A stretch of DNA of 64,000 bases, from assembly GCA_902802355.1 (NCBI GenBank), contig CADCLU010000005.1:664-64663 (forward strand), given 5' to 3'. The position numbers and the translations under genes are program-made. Origin of the DNA: an uncultured Erysipelotrichaceae bacterium (GTDB lineage Bacteria > Bacillota_I > Bacilli_A > RFN20 > CAG-826). How positions within the stretch are numbered: the stretch's first letter is position 1; each line of letters begins with the position of its first letter. Shown piece by piece: positions 47,851 through 57,535 of the stretch. Under the pieces are notes generated by a model that saw only the letters and a program-made list of their open reading frames with translations, was not told the DNA's origin and ran no database searches.

Positions 47851-49740
47851 TTAATACCAAAAACCGCCATAGCCCCATCCGGTAGGGACGTTCCATGGGC
47901 TTGAGGAGTGTTCTGGATGCTGGTTGTTCGTGCCATGGAATGCGCCATTGCAGATGGTTTTCACATAGCCGAAAGTCCTGAGTTTGTAGAAGCCGACATT
48001 GGCCCAGATGACGTATTCAGGCTCAATGTAATTGGCAAGGATTATGGCGTATTCGTTGTTGCTATATTCCGCAAAAGAAGCGCAAATTGCTGCGGATTCT
48101 TTGGTAATTTTGATTCCGTAGTAGCTATATCCAGCCCTGATGACGTAGTAGTTATTCGGATTCACTTTCTGATGGTTTTTGACAACGACGGTGTTCTGGT
48201 TGCCATAGAGGGATTGGACCTGGCCATCATTGCCATAAGCAATAAGGGTTCCGCCATTGATCGTGATCTGGGAATACGTGCCGCATTCAAGAGGAGAATG
48301 GGAATTGTCTTTCGAGGCGACGATGATGACGAGACCTGAGCGCATCTCGAAATAGCCATCGCTGTCAATGCCATCTCCTTCGGCGTTGATGTAGTGATTG
48401 CCACCGCCGATATAGACCATGGTGTCAGTACGTTCCCTATGGATGGTGTCAGCTTTCCAGCCGTCGTCAGAAGAATTGACATAGGTGATTCCGCCACTAG
48501 TGGCGATCTTCTGAGCCAAGAAGCCTCTATGTCCGCTTGAGACGGTGATATAACCGCCACGGATCTCAAGGTTTACATCGGCTCTGATGCCTTGGCACCA
48601 AGTGGAATTTCCAACATCCATCGTATAGGTTCCGCCATTGACGAAGACGGATGAGGTCTGAGAGCGGATGCCATCGCCTTTGAGGGCGTTTAGATAGAAA
48701 GAACCGCCATCGACGATGATGCCCTTCTCAGCATATAAGGCGTGGGATTCTTTGGATTCGATTTGGCCGTTGCCGCCTTCCATGTAGAGGGCGCCTGCGC
48801 TATAGATGGCGGAGCCAGGGACCTTCATGGAATAGGAAGCGTCTTTGATCTCAACGCCAGCGATATCGTCATTCTCTTCGGTGTTCCCGAAGACTGGGAT
48901 GGTGACAGATTCATCGAAGTCGCTCACTTCGACGGCGTGTCCGGCCTCACCTGTTGAGTTAAAGGTGAAGGAACCGCCTTCTTCTGCTCTACCAAGGACG
49001 ATGGAGTTCTTGGCTTTGAGACAGCTTCCTGGAGAGAGGACGGCTAAGGTTAAGCCAAAGGCTTCGATGCTCTTTTTGGATTCGATTCCGTTATTCGCGA
49101 AGGCGTTGACCCTAAGGGATCCTTTGCCACGGAATTTGAGTTTCGAATGAGCGTATATAGCCGCATCATTCTGTTCTCCGATAAGACGACCATCGCGGTT
49201 ATCGACGATGACCGAGGAGGTATTCTCAGGGATATTGACGAGGAGATTGGAGGTTCCGGTCGAATAGATCGGTCCTGGGGTATATTCTTCGCCATCGACG
49301 TCCATCGTGTAAGTGCCAGCGCATCTGATGAAGACGCCATTCATCATGACTCTCACGGTGTCTAAGCTTTCGGTGGCTTCGGCGGTGTTGAAGAGAAGGC
49401 CGTTTGAGAGGGCCCCGCTGATGACATAGTCACCGATTTCTTTGATGTTGATGATGTTGTTCTCGTTATCGATGCTGACCTTATTCGAATCAGAGGTTGT
49501 TGAGTCGCCATCGGCCAAGGTGATAGTGATGGCATTTGAGGAGAAATACTGGTTCTGGGCGATTGCGCTATCGGCGGCAGAGTCGATGTTGATTTCGCTG
49601 TCATTGATGGAAGCACCACTGTCATCGACTTGTGGGATTGATACCGAATTGCCAGCGCTTGAGGTATTTACCTCAATACCGCAAGAAGGCAGCATGAAAA
49701 GAGATGTCAGCAATGGGATGATTTTTAGACGTCTCTTCAT
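47851..49740 (-). CDS. Carbohydrate-binding domain (Cthe_2159/DUF4353-like beta-helix) lipoprotein
   Basis: LPSC lipobox; GDYVISGAL, AAIYA..L...GKGSL, repeated I.GG...DGI, GDGIDSDG and INGGTLIAYG. Confidence 0.8.
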   Translation of the reverse strand: MKRRLKIIPLLTSLFMLPSCGIEVNTSSAGNSVSIPQVDDSGASINDSEINIDSAADSAIAQNQYFSSNAITITLADGDSTTSDSNKVSIDNENNIINIKEIGDYVISGALSNGLLFNTAEATESLDTVRVMMNGVFIRCAGTYTMDVDGEEYTPGPIYSTGTSNLLVNIPENTSSVIVDNRDGRLIGEQNDAAIYAHSKLKFRGKGSLRVNAFANNGIESKKSIEAFGLTLAVLSPGSCLKAKNSIVLGRAEEGGSFTFNSTGEAGHAVEVSDFDESVTIPVFGNTEENDDIAGVEIKDASYSMKVPGSAIYSAGALYMEGGNGQIESKESHALYAEKGIIVDGGSFYLNALKGDGIRSQTSSVFVNGGTYTMDVGNSTWCQGIRADVNLEIRGGYITVSSGHRGFLAQKIATSGGITYVNSSDDGWKADTIHRERTDTMVYIGGGNHYINAEGDGIDSDGYFEMRSGLVIIVASKDNSHSPLECGTYSQITINGGTLIAYGNDGQVQSLYGNQNTVVVKNHQKVNPNNYYVIRAGYSYYGIKITKESAAICASFAEYSNNEYAIILANYIEPEYVIWANVGFYKLRTFGYVKTICNGAFHGTNNQHPEHSSSPWNVPTGWGYGGFWY

Positions 49741-49758
49741 CAAGCTTTCTCCTTCCGT

Positions 49759-50706
49759 TTAGTAAGTGTATGAGCCTTTCGAGAGAGTGGCTCCGTTGAA
49801 GGACACGAATCCGCTGATGACGGCATTGACCGTGCCAGAGTAGTTCTTGTCCTTGCAGATTGGGTCGTTGTCGATGTGAACGCCTGTCACACTGCCGTCG
49901 ATTATGAGATTGGTGTCGGTTTTGAAGGCGTTTTCGCAGCCATCGATGGTGATTGTCGTTCCCGTTCCGATGGTGATTGAGCCATCCCAGGAAGAGGAAT
50001 CAGAGAAATCGAAGGCCTGTTTGCCGGCGTTTTTGATGTCGATGGTGCCGGAGAAGTTGACCTTCTCACCACCGTCTTTGCCGTTGTCGGTAAAGAAGTT
50101 GTCGCCATGTAAGCCATCCTTGCCAGAGCCATTCACCTTAAGGGCGAGACGGTCATAGACGCGGATGTCGTCGGCTTTGGCGGCATGGTCGACATTCGAG
50201 GAGAGTGTTAAGAAACCATTTCCACAAAGGTGAAGGTCATTATTGCAGCTGACAGGGATGCCGTCAGCGGCGATTTTGTTCACAGTGCCGTCGTTGGCCT
50301 GAAGGACGAGGCCCGACTTCTTGGAGTTATAAGAGAAGACCACTCCTTCAGTCGCCATGTTGGTGAGGTTGACGCCATTGAGGACGAAGAGGACTCTTCC
50401 ATGATCCTCAAGGTCAGCCGTGTTATTGATTGCGAACGTTCCTTCGAAGGCGCCTGATAACTCATAGGAGATATCGTTTTCGGTGACTTCGAAAGAATAT
50501 GTCTTTGTGCTCAAATCGAAGGTTGGGGCGGCTGCATCGCCTAAAGGTTTGACCTCGAGTGCTTTATCCGAATAGGAATTGCTGTCTTCGATGGTCGTAG
50601 GCGCAGAGTACTCAGAGGAATCTTCGCTGCTAGTGGCGATGAGGCTATCGCAACCGCAGAGGAGCATTCCGCCAAGAAGCATTGTAGCGAGGAGTGTTTT
50701 CTTCAT
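49759..50706 (-). CDS. Short Cthe_2159/DUF4353-like lipoprotein
   Basis: LCGC lipobox; YELSG, LNGVNLTN, GTVNKI, L.LCGNG.LTL and KDGLH motifs. Confidence 0.7.
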   Translation of the reverse strand: MKKTLLATMLLGGMLLCGCDSLIATSSEDSSEYSAPTTIEDSNSYSDKALEVKPLGDAAAPTFDLSTKTYSFEVTENDISYELSGAFEGTFAINNTADLEDHGRVLFVLNGVNLTNMATEGVVFSYNSKKSGLVLQANDGTVNKIAADGIPVSCNNDLHLCGNGFLTLSSNVDHAAKADDIRVYDRLALKVNGSGKDGLHGDNFFTDNGKDGGEKVNFSGTIDIKNAGKQAFDFSDSSSWDGSITIGTGTTITIDGCENAFKTDTNLIIDGSVTGVHIDNDPICKDKNYSGTVNAVISGFVSFNGATLSKGSYTY

Positions 50707-50759
50707 GATTGACCTCTCTTTACAATCTATAAACGCCCCAACATTCAATGTTGTTGGTT

Positions 50760-52103
50760 TTAGTCAGCGAGGGTTCCCATTGGATCCCATGGGTGGAGTT
50801 TGATCGGTTCGGCCTCGGTGGCTTTGAGTTCTTCTTCGGTGAGGTACTTCTTCATGATGACGGCCTGATAGACGAATTTGTCGAACCAGGTCTCACTCAT
50901 GACGTAGTAACCGCTGAGAGCGACGTCGTTGCCCCAGCTGTTCTCGATCTTCCATCTGTTGGCCTTGCCATCTTTGAGATTGACGCCGGTGATGACCATG
51001 GCGTGGTTCATGGCGCTATGCCAGTAATCGAGCATCTTCTCTTTAGAGAACTCGACGCTGAGATCGAACTCGGATTCATAATCGAAGGACTTGTCATCCC
51101 AAGCGAAGAGCTTTGGATCGCGGTAGAAAGAGACGTCGCTTCCAAACCAGACTGGCTCGCCATCGGAAAGCTGTTTGATGATAAGTTCCTTGATACGTTC
51201 CATTGGAAGGTTGAGGTGGTTGATGGCCTTCCCTTCTTTGACGTTGCCAAGGTACTCGATGGTGTAGTTCTTCATGTATGGCTTGTCGCTCGTTGGTGAG
51301 TTGATGAGGGACTGATATTCGTCGATTCTCTCGCCGATGTACTTCTCAAAGAAGGTTTTCGGGGTGAGGTCTTTGTCGACGAAGTAGCCCTTCTCATTCT
51401 CATATTCGAAATCGAATTTGGTTGGAGGGACGCCGAAGCAGTTAAGGAAGAGATGGTAGATCTTTTCCATGACCTCTTCTTTCATTTTTCTCGCGGTAGC
51501 AATATCGCCTTTTTTGAGGAAAGAGGCAGAATCTGCAGCGAATTTTCTGATTGCGGCATTAACCAAGAAGTCGCTTTCCTGGGTGTTTTCGGACTGGAAG
51601 GTCTCTGGGAATTTGTTCTGTGGAACGAGGCCGTATTTCTTGACGAGGTTGACGAACATATCCCACTGGCCACCGTCGGAGACTGGCATGGCGAGGATGA
51701 AATGAAGCTCTCTGTCGTCATGGTCGCGGCCACCGAGCTCAAGGATGGTCTCGAGAGCGAAGTTGGCCTTCTCAATCTTGTCGTAGAGAGAGATATAGTT
51801 CTGGGAGAGCTCGAAGCTCTTGAGTTCGCATTTCTTGGCGATGATCTCGCGGAGGACATTGAGGCCGGCGAAGATCCAGCAGCGGCCACTTCTCCTCTGA
51901 TTGGCGACCGGCAAGGTCTTCAGGTCGATGGAGAAGGCTGGGGCGACGCTTCCTAAAGCGCCTGGCTCATAGATGGCAGCGGAGATGTTGCCTTTGCTGA
52001 GGGCGTGCCTCACGATGGTGTTCTTTTTGTCTTCTGAATAGTCTTTGACGATTTTGGCGGTGACTTCTTCGTTAAGTGCGCCGATAAGTTTTTCTTTTGA
52101 CAT
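50760..52103 (-). CDS. pepC: Aminopeptidase C (bleomycin hydrolase family, C1B)
   Basis: NQRRSGRCWIFA, SDGGQWDM, MNHAM, WKIENSWG and PWDPMG motifs. Confidence 0.96.
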   Translation of the reverse strand: MSKEKLIGALNEEVTAKIVKDYSEDKKNTIVRHALSKGNISAAIYEPGALGSVAPAFSIDLKTLPVANQRRSGRCWIFAGLNVLREIIAKKCELKSFELSQNYISLYDKIEKANFALETILELGGRDHDDRELHFILAMPVSDGGQWDMFVNLVKKYGLVPQNKFPETFQSENTQESDFLVNAAIRKFAADSASFLKKGDIATARKMKEEVMEKIYHLFLNCFGVPPTKFDFEYENEKGYFVDKDLTPKTFFEKYIGERIDEYQSLINSPTSDKPYMKNYTIEYLGNVKEGKAINHLNLPMERIKELIIKQLSDGEPVWFGSDVSFYRDPKLFAWDDKSFDYESEFDLSVEFSKEKMLDYWHSAMNHAMVITGVNLKDGKANRWKIENSWGNDVALSGYYVMSETWFDKFVYQAVIMKKYLTEEELKATEAEPIKLHPWDPMGTLAD

Positions 52104-52247
52104 TTTTCTGATTCCTTTCTTTGAAAGACGTTCCCATTTTAGCGAATTCGCACTACATGTGGTAGCGTATTGACCTTTAAAAAGGTCTTTCCTTAGTGTT
52201 TTCCTTCTATTTGAGTTACAATAACCGAGTTAGACGAGGCAAACACC

Positions 52248-53447
52248 ATGAACGAAAATTTAGAAAGATTCCTTAGATACATCAAAATCGATACCCAGTC
52301 GGACGATGAGTCCACCTCTACTCCTAGCGCCAAAAAAGAGTACGACCTTCTTAACCTTTTAAGAAAGGAACTCCTTGAGCTTGGCATTGAAGGTGAGATC
52401 ACCAAAGAGGGAAGGTTATACGCTTTCCTCGATGGCGAAAAAGGACTGGACGTTATTGGTTTAAACTCCCATGTCGATACCGCTCTAGAGATGCCTGGCA
52501 AAAACGTCAAAGCCCAGATCATCGAGAACTATGACGGCGGTTACATCAAACTCAACGACGAATACCAGATGAGCCCAAAAGAGTTCTCTTCCCTCAAGGG
52601 ACACGAGGGGGATACCCTTGTCGTCACGAGCGGAGACACCCTCTTAGGCGGAGATGACAAGGCTGGCGTTGCCGTCATCATGTCAGTCCTTGCCTACCTA
52701 GTCAAAAATAAAGAAGTCAAACACCATCCAATCGCCATCCTCTTCACTCCTGATGAAGAGATCGGAAGAGGCCCAGAGCATTTCGATGCGAAGAAATTCG
52801 GCGCAGATTACGCATACACGATCGATGGCGATTACCCAGACCATATCGATATCGAGAACTTCAACGCCGCGCATGCCGATGTCACCATCCACGGCGTAGG
52901 CATCCACCCAGGCGAAGCCAAAGGCAGAATGGTGAACGCCATCAGCTTAGGCGTCCTCTTTGATTCGATGCTTGGACAAGAAGCCCGTCCTGAGAACACC
53001 GACGGACACGATGGCTTCAACCACTGCGGTTCCTTCAGCGGAGACGTTTCCAAAGCTGAGCTCCACTACATCATCAGAAACCACGACAAAGAGAAGTTCG
53101 AAGCCCAGAAAAAGAAGTTCTTGGAGATCAAGGAATTCATTGAGAAGAAATACCCAACCGCCAAGATCGGCCTTGAGATGGGTGACGATTACAGAAACAT
53201 GAAGGAAATCATCGATGAGGATCCTCGTGCGTTGAATCATGCCGTCGAGGTCTTCAAGAAGATGGGTATCGAACCTGTCCATGCCCCAGTCAGAGGCGGA
53301 ACCGATGGAGCGACCTTTTCCTTCCTTGGTTGCCCAACCCCAAACCTTGGCACCGGCTCATATAACCACCACAGCCGTTACGAATTCCTCTCAGTCAGAG
53401 ATTTCAATCAAATGATTGAGATCGTCAAAGAACTCGTCAAAGCCTAG
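52248..53447 (+). CDS. pepT: Peptidase T
   Basis: HVDTA, LGGDDKAG, FTPDEEIG, HPGEAKGRMVNA and RGGTDGA motifs. Confidence 0.96.
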   Translation: MNENLERFLRYIKIDTQSDDESTSTPSAKKEYDLLNLLRKELLELGIEGEITKEGRLYAFLDGEKGLDVIGLNSHVDTALEMPGKNVKAQIIENYDGGYIKLNDEYQMSPKEFSSLKGHEGDTLVVTSGDTLLGGDDKAGVAVIMSVLAYLVKNKEVKHHPIAILFTPDEEIGRGPEHFDAKKFGADYAYTIDGDYPDHIDIENFNAAHADVTIHGVGIHPGEAKGRMVNAISLGVLFDSMLGQEARPENTDGHDGFNHCGSFSGDVSKAELHYIIRNHDKEKFEAQKKKFLEIKEFIEKKYPTAKIGLEMGDDYRNMKEIIDEDPRALNHAVEVFKKMGIEPVHAPVRGGTDGATFSFLGCPTPNLGTGSYNHHSRYEFLSVRDFNQMIEIVKELVKA

Positions 53448-53522
53448 CATTCATTAGAGCTCCTCACGGGGCTCTTTTTTATTGCCTAGACAAAAGAAAA
53501 AACGGGATAGCTCCCGTTAATT

Positions 53523-54230
53523 TCAAATGGCTGGGGTGACTGGGTTCGAACCAGTGCATCTCGGATTCAGAGTCCGATGCCTTACCGCTTGGCTACACCC
53601 CAATGCGCAATCGGCATCGATGGCGCCAATGGCTTTAGGAGTAGCCTCGATTTCGACAGGTTTAGGAGATTTCGATGGGGTTTTGCTGGAGGTTTTTGTC
53701 GGAGCTCTAGAGGAATCGGCCTTAGAAACGGCGAGGGTTCCGTATATTCTTTCAGGATTCTCTTTGATCCAGGCGATTCTCCATAGGCCATAAATGAAGA
53801 CGATGACCTCAAGGGCAAAGACAAAGATGGCGTAGCCTCTAAGGAAGAGGTTAAGGCCACTATTCGCACTGGCGATATTTCCGAAAAAAGCGCCTAAGCC
53901 AAGGTCAAGATGAGCAAGAATAAGAGCGCCGCTGACCATAAGCTTAACGATATCAATCGCATGATAACGAGCTCTCGATAATCCCTCTTTTCCATGGACG
54001 AACATAAGGCCCGTTCTCACAGCAACGAAGACCAAAGCGAGGATGGTGAATCCTAGGAAGATATAGTCGAAAACCTGAGGTATGCTCCCAGCTTCGCCAT
54101 CGATGATAAGGAGCAAGGCTGAGAAGAAAGTCGTGAAAAAGACAAGAACGCACGAGGCGATGAAAAGAGCGAGGTTGATGGTCTTTGTGATCTTGTTCTT
54201 GTAAACAAGACGGGCTTCGTTTTCGTTCAT
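53523..54230 (-). CDS. Hypothetical 4-TM membrane protein whose ORF runs through tRNA-Gln
   Basis: Four hydrophobic segments and a Ser/Lys/Pro tail; no in-frame stop until the TGA 2 nt after the tRNA CCA. Confidence 0.75.
   Translation of the reverse strand: MNENEARLVYKNKITKTINLALFIASCVLVFFTTFFSALLLIIDGEAGSIPQVFDYIFLGFTILALVFVAVRTGLMFVHGKEGLSRARYHAIDIVKLMVSGALILAHLDLGLGAFFGNIASANSGLNLFLRGYAIFVFALEVIVFIYGLWRIAWIKENPERIYGTLAVSKADSSRAPTKTSSKTPSKSPKPVEIEATPKAIGAIDADCALGCSQAVRHRTLNPRCTGSNPVTPAI
53528..53602 (-). tRNA. tRNA-Gln(CTG)
   Basis: TGGGGTG/CACCCCA acceptor; AGCCAAGCGGTAAGGC D-arm; tcgga-ctCTGaa-tccga; GGTTCGAACC; encoded CCA. Confidence 0.96.
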
Positions 54231-54244
54231 AGGCTTATTGTACA

Positions 54245-54397
54245 CTAAGCGGCGTCTTCGTGGTCTTTGTATTTTTCGCTTCCGGCTTTGCCAGAATCCC
54301 CATCCATGTCTCTTTCATTGAGCATATCGAGATCTTCGCCGGTGTACTTCTTTTTGATGTATTTGCGGTACAAAGCTAGAGTCTTTTTGTCTCTCAT
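54245..54397 (-). CDS. Putative 50-aa protein MRDKKTLALYRKYIKKKYTGEDLDML...HEDAA
   Basis: ATGA overlap with the upstream stop; fills the intergenic gap; host-like codons. Confidence 0.55.
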   Translation of the reverse strand: MRDKKTLALYRKYIKKKYTGEDLDMLNERDMDGDSGKAGSEKYKDHEDAA

Positions 54398-55290
54398 ACG
54401 TTAACCCACATGAATGCATAGCCCATTATGAGGGCAAAGACGATAAGGAGGCCTTCGACGATGAAGGCGGCCTTGAGGGTCTTCTTCTGCTTGAAAAGAT
54501 ATAGCGGGCCAAGACCGGCGTTGACGGCAAGGCCAGCAAGGAGAGCGCCGAAAGGAAGGGCGTTTTCGACATAAAGCTCGGCAAGGAGAACGCTTGAAGC
54601 GCAGTTTGGGATGAGGCCGATGAGAACGGCAAATAGAGGCGAGAACCAGCGTGATGAGGAAAGGAATTCCTCCATATTGATCACGGTGCTAAGCCACTCA
54701 AAGAGGAGTCCAAAGAGGAGAGAGATCACGAAAGCGTAGGCGAAGATCTTAAGCGAATGGATGAGAGGATGGACGAGATGCTCATGGATTGGGCTTTCTT
54801 TTCCCCCTTCTTCCACTTCGTGTCCGCAGCAGCCTTTGTGGATGTCGTGGTTGCCTTCGCAGTGCTCTAAATGCTCATCGACGACTTTGTCCCTCTTTCT
54901 GAAGAAGAGGTCGACCATGATGCCAAAGAAAGCGCCGAAGACGATCTTGAGTCCGATGACGGCAAAGGCCATAGGCCACTTGCCCTCGAAGTTCCCAAAC
55001 ATGATAGGGAGAGCTTCGTCTGAACATGCAATGAAGATAGCCACAAGGGTGCCCAAAGTAATGTGGTCTTTGGTGAAAAGGTCACCTGCGACGACGGAGA
55101 TTCCGCACTGCGGGACCACGCCAACCAAGGAACCGAATAACGGGGCCTGTTTCTTCTTTTTCTCTAAGATAGATGCGATTTTTCCTTCAAAGAAGGAAAG
55201 GATGAAGTAAATGATGAAAGCGAAGCCTAAGACCTTGAGAGACTCAAGGAGGCTGTCCAATGCGATTTCACCAAACACTTCGATTGTCAT
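54394..55290 (-). CDS. Putative manganese/metal transporter (10-TM family)
   Basis: GVVPQCG, ACSDEA and GLIPNCASS motifs; His/Cys-rich central loop. Confidence 0.82.
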   Translation of the reverse strand: MTIEVFGEIALDSLLESLKVLGFAFIIYFILSFFEGKIASILEKKKKQAPLFGSLVGVVPQCGISVVAGDLFTKDHITLGTLVAIFIACSDEALPIMFGNFEGKWPMAFAVIGLKIVFGAFFGIMVDLFFRKRDKVVDEHLEHCEGNHDIHKGCCGHEVEEGGKESPIHEHLVHPLIHSLKIFAYAFVISLLFGLLFEWLSTVINMEEFLSSSRWFSPLFAVLIGLIPNCASSVLLAELYVENALPFGALLAGLAVNAGLGPLYLFKQKKTLKAAFIVEGLLIVFALIMGYAFMWVNV

Positions 55291-55371
55291 ACCGATATAG
55301 TATAGTCACTTTGAAACCTTAGTAGAACTAAGAAACATCTATGGCTATAATTACCGGGTGAGGTAATACCC

Positions 55372-56190
55372 ATGACTGAAGACGAGAACAAATACAATCC
55401 CTTCGCCCGAGCGGCGGAGAAAAACGGCATTAAGACTTTTAAGCCACATCCTTTAAGCAAGATCAAGAAGACCATTGCGGTCATCTCCGGCAAAGGCGGA
55501 GTTGGCAAATCGATGGTCACTTCCCTCTTAGCGGTCCAGCTTATGAAGCAAGGACTCAAGGTCGGCATTTTGGACGCTGACGTGACTGGCCCTTCAATCG
55601 CCAAGACCTTTGGTCAGGACGAATATCGCCCAATGGGAGACGAGAACGGCATCTTCCCTGCCAAGACCGAGAAAGGACTTCTCCTTATCGGCGCCAACAA
55701 CCTCCTCGACGATCCTTCCACCCCTGTCGTCTGGAGAGGATCCCTTATTTCTAACTTAGTCACTTCCCTTTATTCCCAGGTCATCTTTGATGAACTCGAT
55801 GTCCTCCTTATCGATATGCCGCCAGGAACCGGTGATGTCCCGCTTACCGTTTTCCAGAGCATCCCAGTCGATGGAGCCATCGTTGTCTCCTCTCCTCAAG
55901 ACCTTGTCTCGATGGTCGTCAAAAAGTCCATCACGATGGCGGGTATGATGCATATCAATGTGTTAGGCGTCATTGAGAATATGGCCTACATAACCTGCCC
56001 AGATTGCGGCAAAAAGATCAAAATCTTCGGCGAAACCCCTCTCGATTGCCTTGCGGCGATGATGGGCGCCAACCTAATCGACGAGCTTCCTATGGATGGC
56101 AAACTCGCTGCCCTAGTCGACCAAGGAAAGCTTGAGGATTACGAAGGCGATTATCTTAGCAAAGCCGTCGAAGCGATCAAGAAGCTTTAA
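55372..56190 (+). CDS. Mrp/NBP35 (ApbC) Fe-S cluster carrier ATPase
   Basis: SGKGGVGKS, DADVTGPS, VVWRG, DMPPGTGD and ENM..CPDC motifs. Confidence 0.93.
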   Translation: MTEDENKYNPFARAAEKNGIKTFKPHPLSKIKKTIAVISGKGGVGKSMVTSLLAVQLMKQGLKVGILDADVTGPSIAKTFGQDEYRPMGDENGIFPAKTEKGLLLIGANNLLDDPSTPVVWRGSLISNLVTSLYSQVIFDELDVLLIDMPPGTGDVPLTVFQSIPVDGAIVVSSPQDLVSMVVKKSITMAGMMHINVLGVIENMAYITCPDCGKKIKIFGETPLDCLAAMMGANLIDELPMDGKLAALVDQGKLEDYEGDYLSKAVEAIKKL

Positions 56191-56236
56191 TCGAAAAGAC
56201 CTCCCGGTTCGAAGGAGGTCTTTTTTTCATGCTTTG

Positions 56237-56806
56237 TTAACGATACACCAAATGGAAGAGGCCGTTGCCGTTGTAATAGATAGGGCTCGTATCTCTGTTA
56301 AGGATTGCGCAGGCGAAATATTGCTCAGGGGTAGATGATGGCTTTCCTTCATAGAGGGAACGTTTAACATAAATACCCACTCCACCGGCGGTGCATCCTC
56401 TCAGGGTTCTTGCCTCGTCGGTATCATTGTCTTCGGTGATTTGCCTTATGGTCTCGTTGAGATAATACGATACTGTGCTCTTTTCGTAGGCGCCTAAATC
56501 AACCTCGTAGAAGAAATACTCATCCTCGTAAGTGCTTTTGATTCCAATCTCGTTTTTGACTTCTTTGACGAATTCCTTCTTATAGCTCAGGTAAGAAATC
56601 TCAACAGGAGAATAACTCTCCTCGTTATAAAAGACTTTGGCGATCTTGTATTCGGAATCAAGGCTGATGACCAAGGAGGAGAAAGCTCCGGTTCCGGTTA
56701 TCTCCTTTTGCGCGAAAATGTCCGGTTTCTCGGTTGCATCTAAAAGGCACGACGAAAGAAGAAAAGGAATCGTCGAGATGAAAGGCAGGAATCTTATCTT
56801 TTTCAC
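56237..56806 (-). CDS. Hypothetical lipoprotein
   Basis: GTG start; MKKIRF...LLSSC lipobox. Confidence 0.7.
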   Translation of the reverse strand: MKKIRFLPFISTIPFLLSSCLLDATEKPDIFAQKEITGTGAFSSLVISLDSEYKIAKVFYNEESYSPVEISYLSYKKEFVKEVKNEIGIKSTYEDEYFFYEVDLGAYEKSTVSYYLNETIRQITEDNDTDEARTLRGCTAGGVGIYVKRSLYEGKPSSTPEQYFACAILNRDTSPIYYNGNGLFHLVYR

Positions 56807-56861
56807 ACCGATATGATACTCCTTCCATTAAAGAAAAAGGTAGGTTCCCCTACCTGATTCC

Positions 56862-57068
56862 TTAGAAATAGAATATCTCTTCGAATTTCTTATCGAGAGC
56901 GACACATAAGAGGAGAGCGAGCTTCGCGGTTGGCTGATACTGGCCCGTCTCGATTGAGCTGATGGTGTTTCTGCTCACGCCGACGAGATCGGCTAGATCA
57001 GATTGGGAAAGCCCCTTCTCTTTTCGCATCTTCGCTACGTTATTACGTAGAATCAATGATTCATCCAT
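56862..57068 (-). CDS. XRE/Cro-C1 HTH transcriptional regulator
   Basis: LSQSDLADLVGVSRNTISSIETGQYQP. Confidence 0.92.
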   Translation of the reverse strand: MDESLILRNNVAKMRKEKGLSQSDLADLVGVSRNTISSIETGQYQPTAKLALLLCVALDKKFEEIFYF

Positions 57069-57071
57069 AAC

Positions 57072-57398
57072 TTACATTAACCCGCAGAGTTGAGTGATCC
57101 AAAGAGCCAAGAAACCCATCGCTCCTACGATATAGAGGATACTGACGACAAGTTCATGCCTTTTTCTCAAACGGATGTATTTGTAGATGAATGCAACGGC
57201 AATCATCACCATAAGTCCGCCTAAGACGAAGTATTTGAAGACGCCTGTGATGATCCAGTCGGCAACGAGGAGAGCAACGATAAAGAGCCCTCCCACCATG
57301 AACGCGAGATTAGTCGCTTTGTTTGTTACTTCTAATTCCGCTAAGTCTTTGCCCTTATTCTCTTTTTGGGCTTTTGCGAGTATTTCTTCTTTTTCCAT
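57072..57398 (-). CDS. DUF6442-like small membrane protein
   Basis: MEKEEILAKAQKENK N-terminus and 3 TM helices; typical partner of XRE genes. Confidence 0.7.
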   Translation of the reverse strand: MEKEEILAKAQKENKGKDLAELEVTNKATNLAFMVGGLFIVALLVADWIITGVFKYFVLGGLMVMIAVAFIYKYIRLRKRHELVVSILYIVGAMGFLALWITQLCGLM

Positions 57399-57535
57399 GA
57401 GTGTCTCCTTTTTGCCAAGTCAACTTGGTAACCACACTATAATTCTTGCCAAGTACGCTTGTCAACATTTTGGAAGCGATTTTTTGATGGGCAAAAGAAA
57501 AAGGCGAGTTTTCTCGCCTTTAATTTTAGTGATTG

